Virus record (IMG/VR): IMGVR_UViG_3300046011_008537 | Length of the DNA stretch: 64,000 nucleotides | Reading direction: 5' to 3' (one strand) | Origin: a virus | Lineage: Duplodnaviria > Heunggongvirae > Uroviricota > Caudoviricetes | Part shown: positions 47,632 to 57,216 of the stretch, in pieces | Layout of the letters: each line of letters starts with the position of its first letter | Position numbering within the stretch: the first letter of the stretch is position 1 | Made by a program: the position numbers and the translations under genes | The notes under the pieces: generated by a model | Told to the model about the DNA's origin: nothing | The model's database searches: none | Seen by the model: the letters and a program-made list of their open reading frames with translations, nothing else

Positions 47632-48600
47632 ATGAAAATAGCTTTTCAAACGAATACAATTTGTCATAGAGGTACCACTGTGGCAATTTTAGATTATGCA
47701 AAATATAATCAGGAAATTTTAGGTAATGAGAGTATAATTGTTTATCCTACAAATTTTAGTGATTCTGGAGTTAGTTCTGATTCATTAACGCAACAAGATG
47801 TTTTGGTGGAAGTTAAGAAACAATTTACCGTAATCGGTTATACTTCTCTTGCTGAATTGGATAAAATAGTAGAAGATAATAATGTTGATGCTACTTATTT
47901 TATTAAAGGTGGATTTAATGATGGTTTAGTTACAACAAAATCTAAAAATTTAATTCATGCAGTATTTCAGGCTAATCAGCCTCATGGAGACAAATATGTT
48001 TATATCTCAGAATGGTTGTCTGATTATGTTAGTAATGGTAAAATTGATTTTGTTCCACATATAGTTGATTTACCAAAAACTAAACAAACTAATTTTAGAG
48101 AAAAATTAGGAATAGATAAAAATAAAATAGTTGTTGGTCGAATTGGTGGGTTGCGCCAATTCGATATTCCTTTTGTGTTAGAAACTATTGCTCAATTTGC
48201 ATACAAAAATTTAGATTATGTTTTTGTATTTGTAAATACATTTAAATTCATTAATTTGCCAAATGTTATATTTATTGATCCAATAATTGATGAACAAGAA
48301 AAAACTGATTTTATTTTATCTTGTGATGCGATGATTCATGGTAGAAGCGATGGAGAATCTTTTGGTTTAGCTATTTGTGAAGGGTTATTTCATAATAAAC
48401 CTGTATTTTGTTTTAATGGTGGTCGTGATAAACATCATATAACTTTATTAAAAGATAGTGGATTATTATATAATAATGCTATTGAATTGCGCGATATGTT
48501 ACTTAATGTTAAATTATATAATAAAAATTATTCTAAATTAGTAGAAAAATTTAACCCGCATACAGTTATGGAAAAGTTTAAAACCGTTTTCCTTGATTAA
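47632..48600 (+). CDS. GT4-like (retaining) glycosyltransferase
   Basis: E-x7-E motif region GRSDGESFGLAICEGLFHNKPVF. Confidence 0.55.
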   Translation: MKIAFQTNTICHRGTTVAILDYAKYNQEILGNESIIVYPTNFSDSGVSSDSLTQQDVLVEVKKQFTVIGYTSLAELDKIVEDNNVDATYFIKGGFNDGLVTTKSKNLIHAVFQANQPHGDKYVYISEWLSDYVSNGKIDFVPHIVDLPKTKQTNFREKLGIDKNKIVVGRIGGLRQFDIPFVLETIAQFAYKNLDYVFVFVNTFKFINLPNVIFIDPIIDEQEKTDFILSCDAMIHGRSDGESFGLAICEGLFHNKPVFCFNGGRDKHHITLLKDSGLLYNNAIELRDMLLNVKLYNKNYSKLVEKFNPHTVMEKFKTVFLD

Positions 48601-48606
48601 AAGTGC

Positions 48607-48635
48607 TTGACAATATAGATGTTTTATATTATAAT
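48607..48635 (+). promoter_or_regulatory. early-type promoter TTGACA-17-TATAAT (upstream AAGTGC element) inside the sugar island; 7-bp inverted repeat ATAGATG/CATCTAT brackets the -10
   Basis: Perfect consensus hexamers. Confidence 0.6.
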
Positions 48636-48663
48636 AGGGCATCTATTTAAAAAAAGGTGATAT

Positions 48664-49569
48664 ATGAAAGTATTGGTTACTGGTGGTTGCGGTTTTATTG
48701 GAAGTCATTTAATTGATGCACTAGTTGACTCTGGTTATACCGTTGTTAATGTTGATGATTTGTCAGCTGATAATGATCAATTTTATTTTAATGAAAACGT
48801 TAAAAATTATCATTTTGATATTTGTAATACTAAACAATTAATTTCAGTTAGTAAAGGGTGTGAATTTATATTTCATTTAGCCGCTGAATCTAGATTAGGT
48901 GCTTCTATTGCTAATCCAAGAAAGGCAATTGATTCTAATATTAAAGGCGTTGTTTCTGTATTAGAAGCAGCAAAAGCAAATAAGATTAAAGGTATTGTTT
49001 TCTCTTCAACTTCTTCAATATATGGATTAAATACAAATTTTCCATTAAAAGAAACTGAGCGAGAAGATTGTTTAAACGCATATGCATCAACTAAATATGC
49101 AGCAGAATTATTTTTGAGAAACTATTATGAAATTTACGGAATTAAATCAGTTATTCTTCGCTATTTTAATGTTTATGGCGAACGTTCTCCCAAATCTGGC
49201 CAATATGCGCTAGTATTGGGTATCTTTGAAAAATTATTAAAAGATGGTAAACCATTAACAGTTACTGGTGATGGAACCCAAGAGCGAGATTTTATACATG
49301 TAAAAGATATTGCTCAGGCTAATATACGGTGTATTGCTAATTTTGATGCAAACCCAGATATGTGGAAAGCTCAAGTATTTAATATTGGATATGGACAAAC
49401 AAAAACTATTAATGAAATTGCTAATACTTTATCAGATAGTATTGTTTATATTAAAAAACCCGCTGGTGAGGCATTAAATAATTTATCAGATAATACTAAA
49501 TTTAAGTTAGCAACAGATTGGGTTCCAACTATAAATGTGCTTGACTGGATTAAAGAAAAACTATTATAA
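48664..49569 (+). CDS. NAD-dependent sugar epimerase/dehydratase (GalE-like SDR)
   Basis: Rossmann VLVTGGCGFIGSHL and catalytic YASTKYAAE (YxxxK). Confidence 0.8.
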   Translation: MKVLVTGGCGFIGSHLIDALVDSGYTVVNVDDLSADNDQFYFNENVKNYHFDICNTKQLISVSKGCEFIFHLAAESRLGASIANPRKAIDSNIKGVVSVLEAAKANKIKGIVFSSTSSIYGLNTNFPLKETEREDCLNAYASTKYAAELFLRNYYEIYGIKSVILRYFNVYGERSPKSGQYALVLGIFEKLLKDGKPLTVTGDGTQERDFIHVKDIAQANIRCIANFDANPDMWKAQVFNIGYGQTKTINEIANTLSDSIVYIKKPAGEALNNLSDNTKFKLATDWVPTINVLDWIKEKLL

Positions 49570-49577
49570 TATAAATA
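49570..49577 (+). promoter_or_regulatory. late promoter TATAAATA upstream of the His-rich ORF
   Basis: Exact TATAAATA. Confidence 0.45.
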
Positions 49578-49614
49578 GTTAATTATATTATACACATTAA
49601 ACCAGAGAGGTTAT

Positions 49615-50787
49615 ATGCTAAGTTTTAAAGATTTTCTTGTTGAGAACGAGGAAGAAGGTGCTAAATTAAAGCACATTAAACATCCAGAAGATAGAGTTTT
49701 TGAAGGTTCAAATGGATATGCTCATGCTCGAGGTGCATTGCATCATGCGCATGATGCAATTAAATCTGGAGAACATAGCACTAACCTTACCATGAAATAC
49801 GATGGATCTCCTTCCATCGTATATGGTCATCATCCAGAGAATGGTAAATTCTTTGTGGCAAGCAAATCTGCATTTAATAAAAATCCAAAAATAAATTATA
49901 CTCACGAAGATATTGAGCAAAACCATGGCCATGCTCCTGGATTAGTTGAGAAGTTAAAAGATTCGTTGGATCATTTACATAAAATTACTCCAAAAAAGGG
50001 TGTATATCAAGGCGATTTAATGTTTAGTGGAGATGATAAGAAACATAATGATAATGGATCCGTATCATTTACTCCAAATACAATTAAATATACTGCTCAC
50101 GGCGAAGAAGCAGATAAAGTTAAAAAAGCAAAATTAGGTGTTGTTACTCATACTCAGTATCATGGAGATACCTTATCTTCTATGAAAGCTGATCCTCATC
50201 CAGATTTACATAATTTTAAATCTCATGATCATGTTTGGAGTAAAACTCCAGAACATGATACCAAAAACGTTCATTACAGCGAATCTGATCAAGCTAAATT
50301 TCAAAAACATATGGATGCCGCTGATAAAATTCATAAAGCGCATAAAGATACTATATATGATTCTACAGCACCTCATGGTGGTGACAGTGGGCATTTAGCG
50401 ACATATATTAATCATACGGTTAGAACTGGCGAAAAACCTTCTGCAGATGGATTGCAGAATCATATAGCAGGTAAATATGAAAAACAAATTGATAAGTTAA
50501 AAAGTGATGCAGGTAAAGCTAGAAAACATACTGAACTGACTAGTCATCTATCTCATATTGCTGGTAATTCTGATCATTATAATCGTTTATTAAAAATGCA
50601 TGGCCATTTACAGTCGGCTAAAAATATTTTAACCAAAACATTAAATCAACATGAAGGTGGATTAGAACACCATATTGGTGACAAAAGAACTAATCCGGAA
50701 GGATTTGTTATTCATCATAATGGAGAACCAACTAAACTTGTTAATAGAGAAGAATTTTCTAAAGCTAATTTGTTAAAGGTACGTTAA
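49615..50787 (+). CDS. His-rich protein with possible nucleotidyltransferase-ligase-like motifs (KYDGS...EGFVI); function unknown
   Basis: Motif I-like TMKYDGSPS (compare T4 Rnl1 TKEDGSLVS) and motif IV-like EGFVIHH near C-terminus. Long His/Lys/Asp-rich middle. Late promoter. Confidence 0.3.
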   Translation: MLSFKDFLVENEEEGAKLKHIKHPEDRVFEGSNGYAHARGALHHAHDAIKSGEHSTNLTMKYDGSPSIVYGHHPENGKFFVASKSAFNKNPKINYTHEDIEQNHGHAPGLVEKLKDSLDHLHKITPKKGVYQGDLMFSGDDKKHNDNGSVSFTPNTIKYTAHGEEADKVKKAKLGVVTHTQYHGDTLSSMKADPHPDLHNFKSHDHVWSKTPEHDTKNVHYSESDQAKFQKHMDAADKIHKAHKDTIYDSTAPHGGDSGHLATYINHTVRTGEKPSADGLQNHIAGKYEKQIDKLKSDAGKARKHTELTSHLSHIAGNSDHYNRLLKMHGHLQSAKNILTKTLNQHEGGLEHHIGDKRTNPEGFVIHHNGEPTKLVNREEFSKANLLKVR

Positions 50788-51410
50788 TGAGCACTAAAAA
50801 TCCTGTTGTTACTGCTTTTGGTAGAATGAATCCACCTACAACTGGGCACTTACAGTTAATTAATGCTGTTCGTTCTACTGCAGAAAAAGAAAATGCTGAT
50901 CATGATATTATCGCTTCAGGTAGTCATGATCCAAAGAAAAATCCATTAACTTCAGAACACAAATTAAAACATTTATCTAGATATTCTCCTGGAACTAATT
51001 TCTCGGTAGCGGATTCTAAATCCCCAACATTATTACATCATTTATCTAAATTACACGATAAAGGTCATGATCATTTAATTTATGTTGCGGGTTCGGATCG
51101 CACAAAAGGTATGGAAGAATTAATACATAAATATAATGGAGTACCTTCTAAACATGGATATTATAATTTTAAAAAAATAGAAGTACGTTCTGCTGGACAT
51201 AGAGATCCAAATGCAGAAGGAACTGCTGGTATGTCTGGAACTAAAATGCGAGAATTTGCTAAAAACAATGATTTTCATTCATTTAGACAAGGAGTTCCAT
51301 CTCACGTTTCAGATGATCATGCAAAAGAATTGATGAGTGATGTTAAATCTGGTATGAATGTTCATGAATCATATATTCGTGGATTTTTAAACAAAATAAG
51401 ACTATTTTAA
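50787..51410 (+). CDS. HxGH nucleotidyltransferase (NadM-type NMN adenylyltransferase-like / cytidylyltransferase superfamily)
   Basis: AFGRMNPPTTGHLQLI (GRxxPxHxGH) and downstream SGTKMRE (ISSTxxR-like). Confidence 0.55.
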   Translation: MSTKNPVVTAFGRMNPPTTGHLQLINAVRSTAEKENADHDIIASGSHDPKKNPLTSEHKLKHLSRYSPGTNFSVADSKSPTLLHHLSKLHDKGHDHLIYVAGSDRTKGMEELIHKYNGVPSKHGYYNFKKIEVRSAGHRDPNAEGTAGMSGTKMREFAKNNDFHSFRQGVPSHVSDDHAKELMSDVKSGMNVHESYIRGFLNKIRLF

Positions 51411-51411
51411 A

Positions 51412-52221
51412 ATGCAAAATAAACAAGCAATTTTTATTATCGGATCTCCTGGATCCGGAAAGGATGTCGTAATTAGAGATATTGCATCTAATTACGGTAT
51501 TGTAGAATTTACGTCAACTCAAATTGATGAGATGTTGTATAATGACGCAGTATTTAAACGAGCTAAATCGGAAAAACAAGATTCTCTTTTAGAAAGATAT
51601 TCCATACTCGTTACTGGAAATTTATTCGATCTGGGGTTTGTTATAACTAAAGATATATTAGAAACAATTGGTTATACAACGCATTTAATTGTTGTTGAGG
51701 CTAATTTAGGAATTGCTGTAGAACGATTAAAAGATAGAAAAAATTTAAAAGAATCATTGGATAGAATTAGTGTTGGAAATGCAAATAGACAAGCAATTAT
51801 TAGTTTATTTAACTCTTATATTACTGTGGATAATTCAAAATCATTGGATTTAACTGAATCAAGAGAATTTATTTATGATATTTTAGAAGATTTAACATTT
51901 AAATCAGATTTACGTTTAGAAGAAATTGTAAAAATTAATTTGAAGAAAAAGGTTAATAAAATTGTTCCATTAAAACTTCCTGCTGATTCTTCTGATACTA
52001 GAAGTATGACTCCAGGAACATGGTCTGTTTATAATGGAGTTGCTGAATCAGTTGAATCGCCTAATTATGATATTTCTCCAATAGCTACTGGTCCTATGCA
52101 AAGTACCGCGTCTTCAACAGTTAGTATGCAATCTGATCAAGATAAAGAAAATACTAGAAAAGTGTTGAATAAAATTAAAAAAATAAATTTTAAAAAGGTG
52201 GTTCCCCGTGGAATTGGATGA
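51412..52221 (+). CDS. P-loop kinase (adenylate/nucleoside/polynucleotide-kinase-like) with disordered C-terminal tail
   Basis: Walker A IFIIGSPGSGKD. About 150-aa kinase-like core then low-complexity tail. Confidence 0.5.
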   Translation: MQNKQAIFIIGSPGSGKDVVIRDIASNYGIVEFTSTQIDEMLYNDAVFKRAKSEKQDSLLERYSILVTGNLFDLGFVITKDILETIGYTTHLIVVEANLGIAVERLKDRKNLKESLDRISVGNANRQAIISLFNSYITVDNSKSLDLTESREFIYDILEDLTFKSDLRLEEIVKINLKKKVNKIVPLKLPADSSDTRSMTPGTWSVYNGVAESVESPNYDISPIATGPMQSTASSTVSMQSDQDKENTRKVLNKIKKINFKKVVPRGIG

Positions 52222-52921
52222 ACAAATGCATAATAAATTTACTTCATTAAAGTCTTTATTTAAATCTACTGATCCATCAAAGCATTTTCATGGAACTAAA
52301 CCTAGAAAATTCTCTACTGGGAAAGATCAAATGGATCCATCTCATGCACAGTTAACTTCTAAATCAAATTCAAATAATGCTCCTGTATCAATGGGATTTA
52401 AAGATAAGTTACTGAATCATTATAGAGAAAATTTTACTGAATTAAATGAAGATAACTCAACTAGGATTTACCGTAATGCATTATCTGCTAAATCAGCTTA
52501 TGCTGGAATTAAACTGTATTCAAAATATACTAATCCACAAATATTAAAAAATACTCGTAAATTTGCAAATAGAGAAAAACAGATAACTAAATCTGATAGT
52601 GAAAATAAAGCTGATACTGCATTAATGACTACTATAAACAGAGAGCATGAACATAATTATGAAATGCAACATCATCAACAGCATCATCCAGAGCCAGTAG
52701 AACCTAGATTAAAACAGCGCGTTTTATCTAAATTTATGCCAAAGAAACCAAATGTTTCTAGTTCTGCTATGCATAATTCGCGACAAATTGCACAGAAACA
52801 AGATTCATTAGCGGTTCATCGTGCGCCTACTGCTCATGCTGTACATATAGATACAACTCCATCGCATTCAATTAGTCATCCAACTCCAGTGCATCCAGTA
52901 AAACCAAACAAAACTAAATAA
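52208..52921 (+). CDS. low-complexity His/Pro-rich hypothetical protein
   Basis: 237 aa, compositionally biased. Confidence 0.3.
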   Translation: MELDEQMHNKFTSLKSLFKSTDPSKHFHGTKPRKFSTGKDQMDPSHAQLTSKSNSNNAPVSMGFKDKLLNHYRENFTELNEDNSTRIYRNALSAKSAYAGIKLYSKYTNPQILKNTRKFANREKQITKSDSENKADTALMTTINREHEHNYEMQHHQQHHPEPVEPRLKQRVLSKFMPKKPNVSSSAMHNSRQIAQKQDSLAVHRAPTAHAVHIDTTPSHSISHPTPVHPVKPNKTK

Positions 52922-52935
52922 TAGGAGATATATAA

Positions 52936-53349
52936 ATGGATTTACAAAGTATTAAAGCGCTTAAATTAGAAAATTCTTTATCTGATATTGAAATTACAGA
53001 AGAAATTGAACAAATTAATGAAGTTAGTAATTATGACCAAGTTGTAACTTATTATAGACATTTAGGATTAGATCCATATAAATTGCGTGGAATTACCGGA
53101 GCAAAACTTCGCGATAAAATTAAGAATTCTCCTGCATTTAAAGCATGGTTACAATTAAAAAATAGATTAGAAGATGTAGAACAAGATTCAACGAAATCAT
53201 TAGTTGAAACAATTAAAGATGCTAAGAAAGATAGTATTGGAAAAAAGGCAAAAGTAACATTTTACGGTTATCCAGATAAAAATGCTAAAGTAAGTAATAC
53301 TGACTTGGAGCAGGCTAATACTCCAAATAATTATCTTAACCAAAATTAA
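52936..53349 (+). CDS. hypothetical protein
   Basis: 137 aa. RBS GGAG. Confidence 0.3.
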   Translation: MDLQSIKALKLENSLSDIEITEEIEQINEVSNYDQVVTYYRHLGLDPYKLRGITGAKLRDKIKNSPAFKAWLQLKNRLEDVEQDSTKSLVETIKDAKKDSIGKKAKVTFYGYPDKNAKVSNTDLEQANTPNNYLNQN

Positions 53350-53368
53350 AACTTATTACCTATAAATT

Positions 53369-53752
53369 ATGGATGACTTGACTGAAGATAATTTTTTATT
53401 ATTTGCTGCAAAACATTATTATTCTGTGCATTATTCTATGACTGAATTTAATTCCGATTTAAAAAGAATAATTTACATTAAACGATTGTTAAAGAAATAT
53501 AAAAAATCCGGCGAATTAGCTGAACGGTTAATTTTAAATCATTTAATATTATTATATAACGTTTTTGAACCAACTATAGCTGTAAATAAAATGTTGTTTT
53601 TTAAATTAGATGATAATTGCTATAGTGCATTAAAAACGTTTTTAGTTTATCTAAATAGAATGCCTACAGAAATTTTGTATGATGGAACTAAATTAATTTC
53701 CTCTGATATTCCTTTAGATATGGAAATCGCAAAAATATTAAGAGAATTATGA
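53369..53752 (+). CDS. hypothetical protein
   Basis: 127 aa. Confidence 0.3.
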   Translation: MDDLTEDNFLLFAAKHYYSVHYSMTEFNSDLKRIIYIKRLLKKYKKSGELAERLILNHLILLYNVFEPTIAVNKMLFFKLDDNCYSALKTFLVYLNRMPTEILYDGTKLISSDIPLDMEIAKILREL

Positions 53753-53926
53753 AAACATTTAAACAATTTTTAGAAGAAGATGGAGAAGGTGCTCCTGCTG
53801 CGGTTAGTACCGCTCCAACTAATACTACAAATGGTATAGCAGGACTTAAAGATCCTGGAGTAAAAATGCCAAGAAAAAAACAATCTACAGTTATGACTGG
53901 AACTCCAATAACAAGGGCAGGATAAA

Positions 53927-54451
53927 ATGGATAATAAATATAAAAATAAATTAACTTCTATTATTGAAGATTGCGGTTTTAATAGAACACGTAAAGCTAA
54001 TCAAAAAGAAATAGAACAAGCTTTATTTGAAGCTACAAAACCTGGATATCCGCCTGAAGAAGCTCAAGATCCAAGTTCAAAAGAAGGAATTTCCAATGCA
54101 ATTGCTTCTGAATTTTTTGCTCGCTGTAGAGCTCTAGCTACAACTACTCATTTTGCTCATTTAAGTACAGATTCTTTTTCAGAACATTCTGCTCTAACAA
54201 CTTTTTATGAAGAAATTGTTGAAACTGTAGATAAATTCTGTGAAGCTTATATTGGATTATATGGTAAATTTATTAGTTTGCCTCCAATTGTTGCTGAAAT
54301 GAAAATCGCAGTTGATGCTATTATAGAATTTAGGGATTGGATTTCTAAAAATAGAGGATTAATTACTGATGATACTTCTATGCAAAATATAATTGACGAA
54401 TCTGTTGAATTATGCAATACTACAATTTATAAATTACAAAAATTAAAATAA
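53927..54451 (+). CDS. hypothetical protein
   Basis: 174 aa. Confidence 0.3.
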   Translation: MDNKYKNKLTSIIEDCGFNRTRKANQKEIEQALFEATKPGYPPEEAQDPSSKEGISNAIASEFFARCRALATTTHFAHLSTDSFSEHSALTTFYEEIVETVDKFCEAYIGLYGKFISLPPIVAEMKIAVDAIIEFRDWISKNRGLITDDTSMQNIIDESVELCNTTIYKLQKLK

Positions 54452-54654
54452 CTGGTATTTGTTATGATGACTGTCAAAGAGGCAACCCCGATGATCCATT
54501 ATAATAATTATAACGATAAAGAAATATTATCAAAAAGTAATATAGCAAAAAGACTTAACTTATTGCGATCTTTAGAAAATTATTCTCATAAACTAGATAA
54601 ATTACTTGAACAAACATCAAAAATAGAAGATATTTCTCTAAAGGCGGGCAGATA

Positions 54655-55113
54655 ATGGCAGATAATTCAACGTTGCATGATGTAAGAGTCGAAACGTTAT
54701 CGGAATTAAAAGTTGAAGTTGCAGTCTTAAAACAAGAAGTCGGATTTATTAATAGGCTTTTTAGTAGAATCGAAGACGTAATTGATAAAATCGATACTCA
54801 ACATGCAGCAGTATTAGATAAAACTACGAAAATAGAATATAACCTTCTTAATACTAAAGATGAATTAGAAGATTTATATAAAATATTAGAAGACTCTGAG
54901 AAAAATATTTCAAGTAGAATTAATGCTATTGAGAAGTTATTAACAGAGGAAATTAATTCTATGAATAAAACTTTAACTGATAGAGTTGATAAAAATGAAG
55001 CCAAAACTGTAGACCTATTACAATACAAATGGTTATTGTGGGGCGGCGGTGTAGTTGTTTTATGGATATTTTCAAATATTGATATGCTTAAAAAATTATT
55101 TGTAATAAAATAA
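54655..55113 (+). CDS. coiled-coil protein with C-terminal transmembrane anchor
   Basis: 152 aa. Heptad-rich, C-terminal WLLWGGGVVVLWIF. Confidence 0.35.
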   Translation: MADNSTLHDVRVETLSELKVEVAVLKQEVGFINRLFSRIEDVIDKIDTQHAAVLDKTTKIEYNLLNTKDELEDLYKILEDSEKNISSRINAIEKLLTEEINSMNKTLTDRVDKNEAKTVDLLQYKWLLWGGGVVVLWIFSNIDMLKKLFVIK

Positions 55114-55146
55114 TGCTTTACTTTTTTATCTTTTCGTAGTATAATA

Positions 55147-55174
55147 AGCCTGAATATAAACTTCAGGCTTTTTT
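55147..55174 (+). terminator. intrinsic terminator AGCCTGAA-N7-TTCAGGCT + T6
   Basis: Perfect 8-bp stem and U-tract. Confidence 0.7.
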
Positions 55175-55177
55175 ATA

Positions 55178-56179
55178 ATGAGCATTTGGATAGATAGAAA
55201 ATACATTTTAATGTTATCACCTAAGTTGGAACTCTTTAAACAAAAGAATACCAACCTATATACCATGCGTTGCCCATATTGCGGCGACTCTCAGAAAATG
55301 AAATCAAAAACTCGTGGATTCGTTTATGCAAAAAACGATAATTATTTCTACACGTGTTTTAATTGCGATAAAGGAACAACTCTTAGATCTTTGCTTGGTT
55401 ATCTAGATCCTCATCTAGAACAAGAATATATCATGGAAAATTTCCAGGAAAAATTTACTGGAAAGAAAACTAATTCTATTGATAAACCTGCAATTCCAAA
55501 ATTTAAAATTCAAGATAAAAAAATAGATTTACCTACTATTGCTGATTTAGATGATAGTCATATTGCTAAAAAGTATATCTTAGATCGCAAAATACCAGAA
55601 AAATATCTTAAATATCTATTTTTTACTGATGATTTTAAGGCTTTTGTTGAATCAGTTTCCGATAAAAAACTTGATCAAACTGGTCCAAGGGTAATTATTC
55701 CATTTTATTCTAGATCTGGTGATTTAGTTGCATTTCAGGGAAGAGCTCTTGATAGTTATTCCATGAGATATATAACAGTAAAGATTGACAGGGAACAAGA
55801 AAAGATTTTTGGGCTGGATAAAGTTGATCCAATGAAGCTGATTTATGTTGTAGAGGGTCCATTCGATTCTTTATTCCTACCAAACGCGATCGCAACTGCA
55901 GACTCAAATTTGGCTGCTGCAGCTAATGTGTTTGATAAGAGTAAGTTGATACTAATCCCTGACTGCGAGCCTAGAAACGCGAATATCGTTAAAAATATCG
56001 GGAAGTTTATTAAGAATGGGTTCTCTGTTTGTTTATTACCAGAATCATTTGGAGTTAAGGATATTAATGATGCAATAAAAAATGGCTTGACGCAGGAGGA
56101 ATTATTAGTTATAATAAGTAATAACACCTTCTCTGGGTTACGAGCTGAACTGGAATACTTAAATTGGAAGAAAATATGA
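55178..56179 (+). CDS. 61: DNA primase gp61
   Basis: Zn-ribbon CPYCGDS...CFNC and TOPRIM region (EGPFDSLF) as in T4 gp61. Confidence 0.8.
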   Translation: MSIWIDRKYILMLSPKLELFKQKNTNLYTMRCPYCGDSQKMKSKTRGFVYAKNDNYFYTCFNCDKGTTLRSLLGYLDPHLEQEYIMENFQEKFTGKKTNSIDKPAIPKFKIQDKKIDLPTIADLDDSHIAKKYILDRKIPEKYLKYLFFTDDFKAFVESVSDKKLDQTGPRVIIPFYSRSGDLVAFQGRALDSYSMRYITVKIDREQEKIFGLDKVDPMKLIYVVEGPFDSLFLPNAIATADSNLAAAANVFDKSKLILIPDCEPRNANIVKNIGKFIKNGFSVCLLPESFGVKDINDAIKNGLTQEELLVIISNNTFSGLRAELEYLNWKKI

Positions 56180-56358
56180 CAACTAAAATAGAAAAAATTA
56201 ATGCTAGCGAAGATGGAAATACGAAATTCCTTATTGATGGTCTAGAATACATGAGAGTTAGTGGCATTTGGTTTAGATGGGATAAATATCAGGTAAAATA
56301 TATTCCCGAAGATAGACCGGAATTAGAAAGTTTATATTTGGAGACTTTTGGAAAATGA
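56164..56358 (+). CDS. hypothetical small protein
   Basis: 64 aa overlapping primase 3' end. Confidence 0.25.
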   Translation: MEENMTTKIEKINASEDGNTKFLIDGLEYMRVSGIWFRWDKYQVKYIPEDRPELESLYLETFGK

Positions 56359-56414
56359 TTCATTCTAATTTACGAAAAACTCCGAATGAATAAATAATTT
56401 ATTTTGGAGATATT

Positions 56415-57212
56415 ATGTTTTTACAAAATAAATATACAAATTTTTATTATGCTATTATTGAAAATTCAAAACAACGGGATTTACCTCAATATTATGAAAA
56501 GCATCATATTATACCGAAATGTTTAAATGGAAATGATTCTATTGATAATATCGCGAATTTAACTGCTAGGGAACATTTTATTTGTCATTTATTATTGACT
56601 AAAATGGTAGAAAATAATTCGGGGATTAAATTCGCTTTACATATGATGACGAATGTTAATGGAAATCAACAAAGAAATTATAAAATTAATTCTCGAATAT
56701 ATGATTATATTAAAAAGTTAAATTCAGAAGCTTGTTCTGAACGTAATCGTAATAGAGTATATACAACTGGAAGAAAAAAATATTTTAATACAATTATTGG
56801 AAAATATGAATTTTTTAATGACGGGGATATTATACCAGAAAGTTATACTAAAGGTTGGAATGCGGATTTTAAAGTAAATATATCATCTAAAAATAAAGGT
56901 CGAGTATATTACTATAATCCAGAAACTTTTGAAACTAAAGCATTTACTGCTGAACACACTATTCCTAATGGTTGGATAAAAGGTAATCCAAATGCTGATA
57001 CATCAAGCGTTACGCAAATAAAAGGAAAAAAATATTTCCATAATCCGCTAACTTACGAAGAAAAACGATTAGATTTTTGTCCAGATGAATGGGTTAGTGG
57101 TAGAATATTTGTTTGGATTACAGATGGTAAACAAAATTTACAATACAATAAATATGAATCTATGCTACCTGGATTTAGATATGGTAGGACTAACATGAAA
57201 AAAGGAAAATAA
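56415..57212 (+). CDS. HNH homing endonuclease with repeated C-terminal DNA-binding modules
   Basis: KHHIIPKCLNGNDSIDNIANLTAREHFICH; repeated G(R/K)xYYxNP modules. Confidence 0.7.
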   Translation: MFLQNKYTNFYYAIIENSKQRDLPQYYEKHHIIPKCLNGNDSIDNIANLTAREHFICHLLLTKMVENNSGIKFALHMMTNVNGNQQRNYKINSRIYDYIKKLNSEACSERNRNRVYTTGRKKYFNTIIGKYEFFNDGDIIPESYTKGWNADFKVNISSKNKGRVYYYNPETFETKAFTAEHTIPNGWIKGNPNADTSSVTQIKGKKYFHNPLTYEEKRLDFCPDEWVSGRIFVWITDGKQNLQYNKYESMLPGFRYGRTNMKKGK

Positions 57213-57216
57213 ATCT

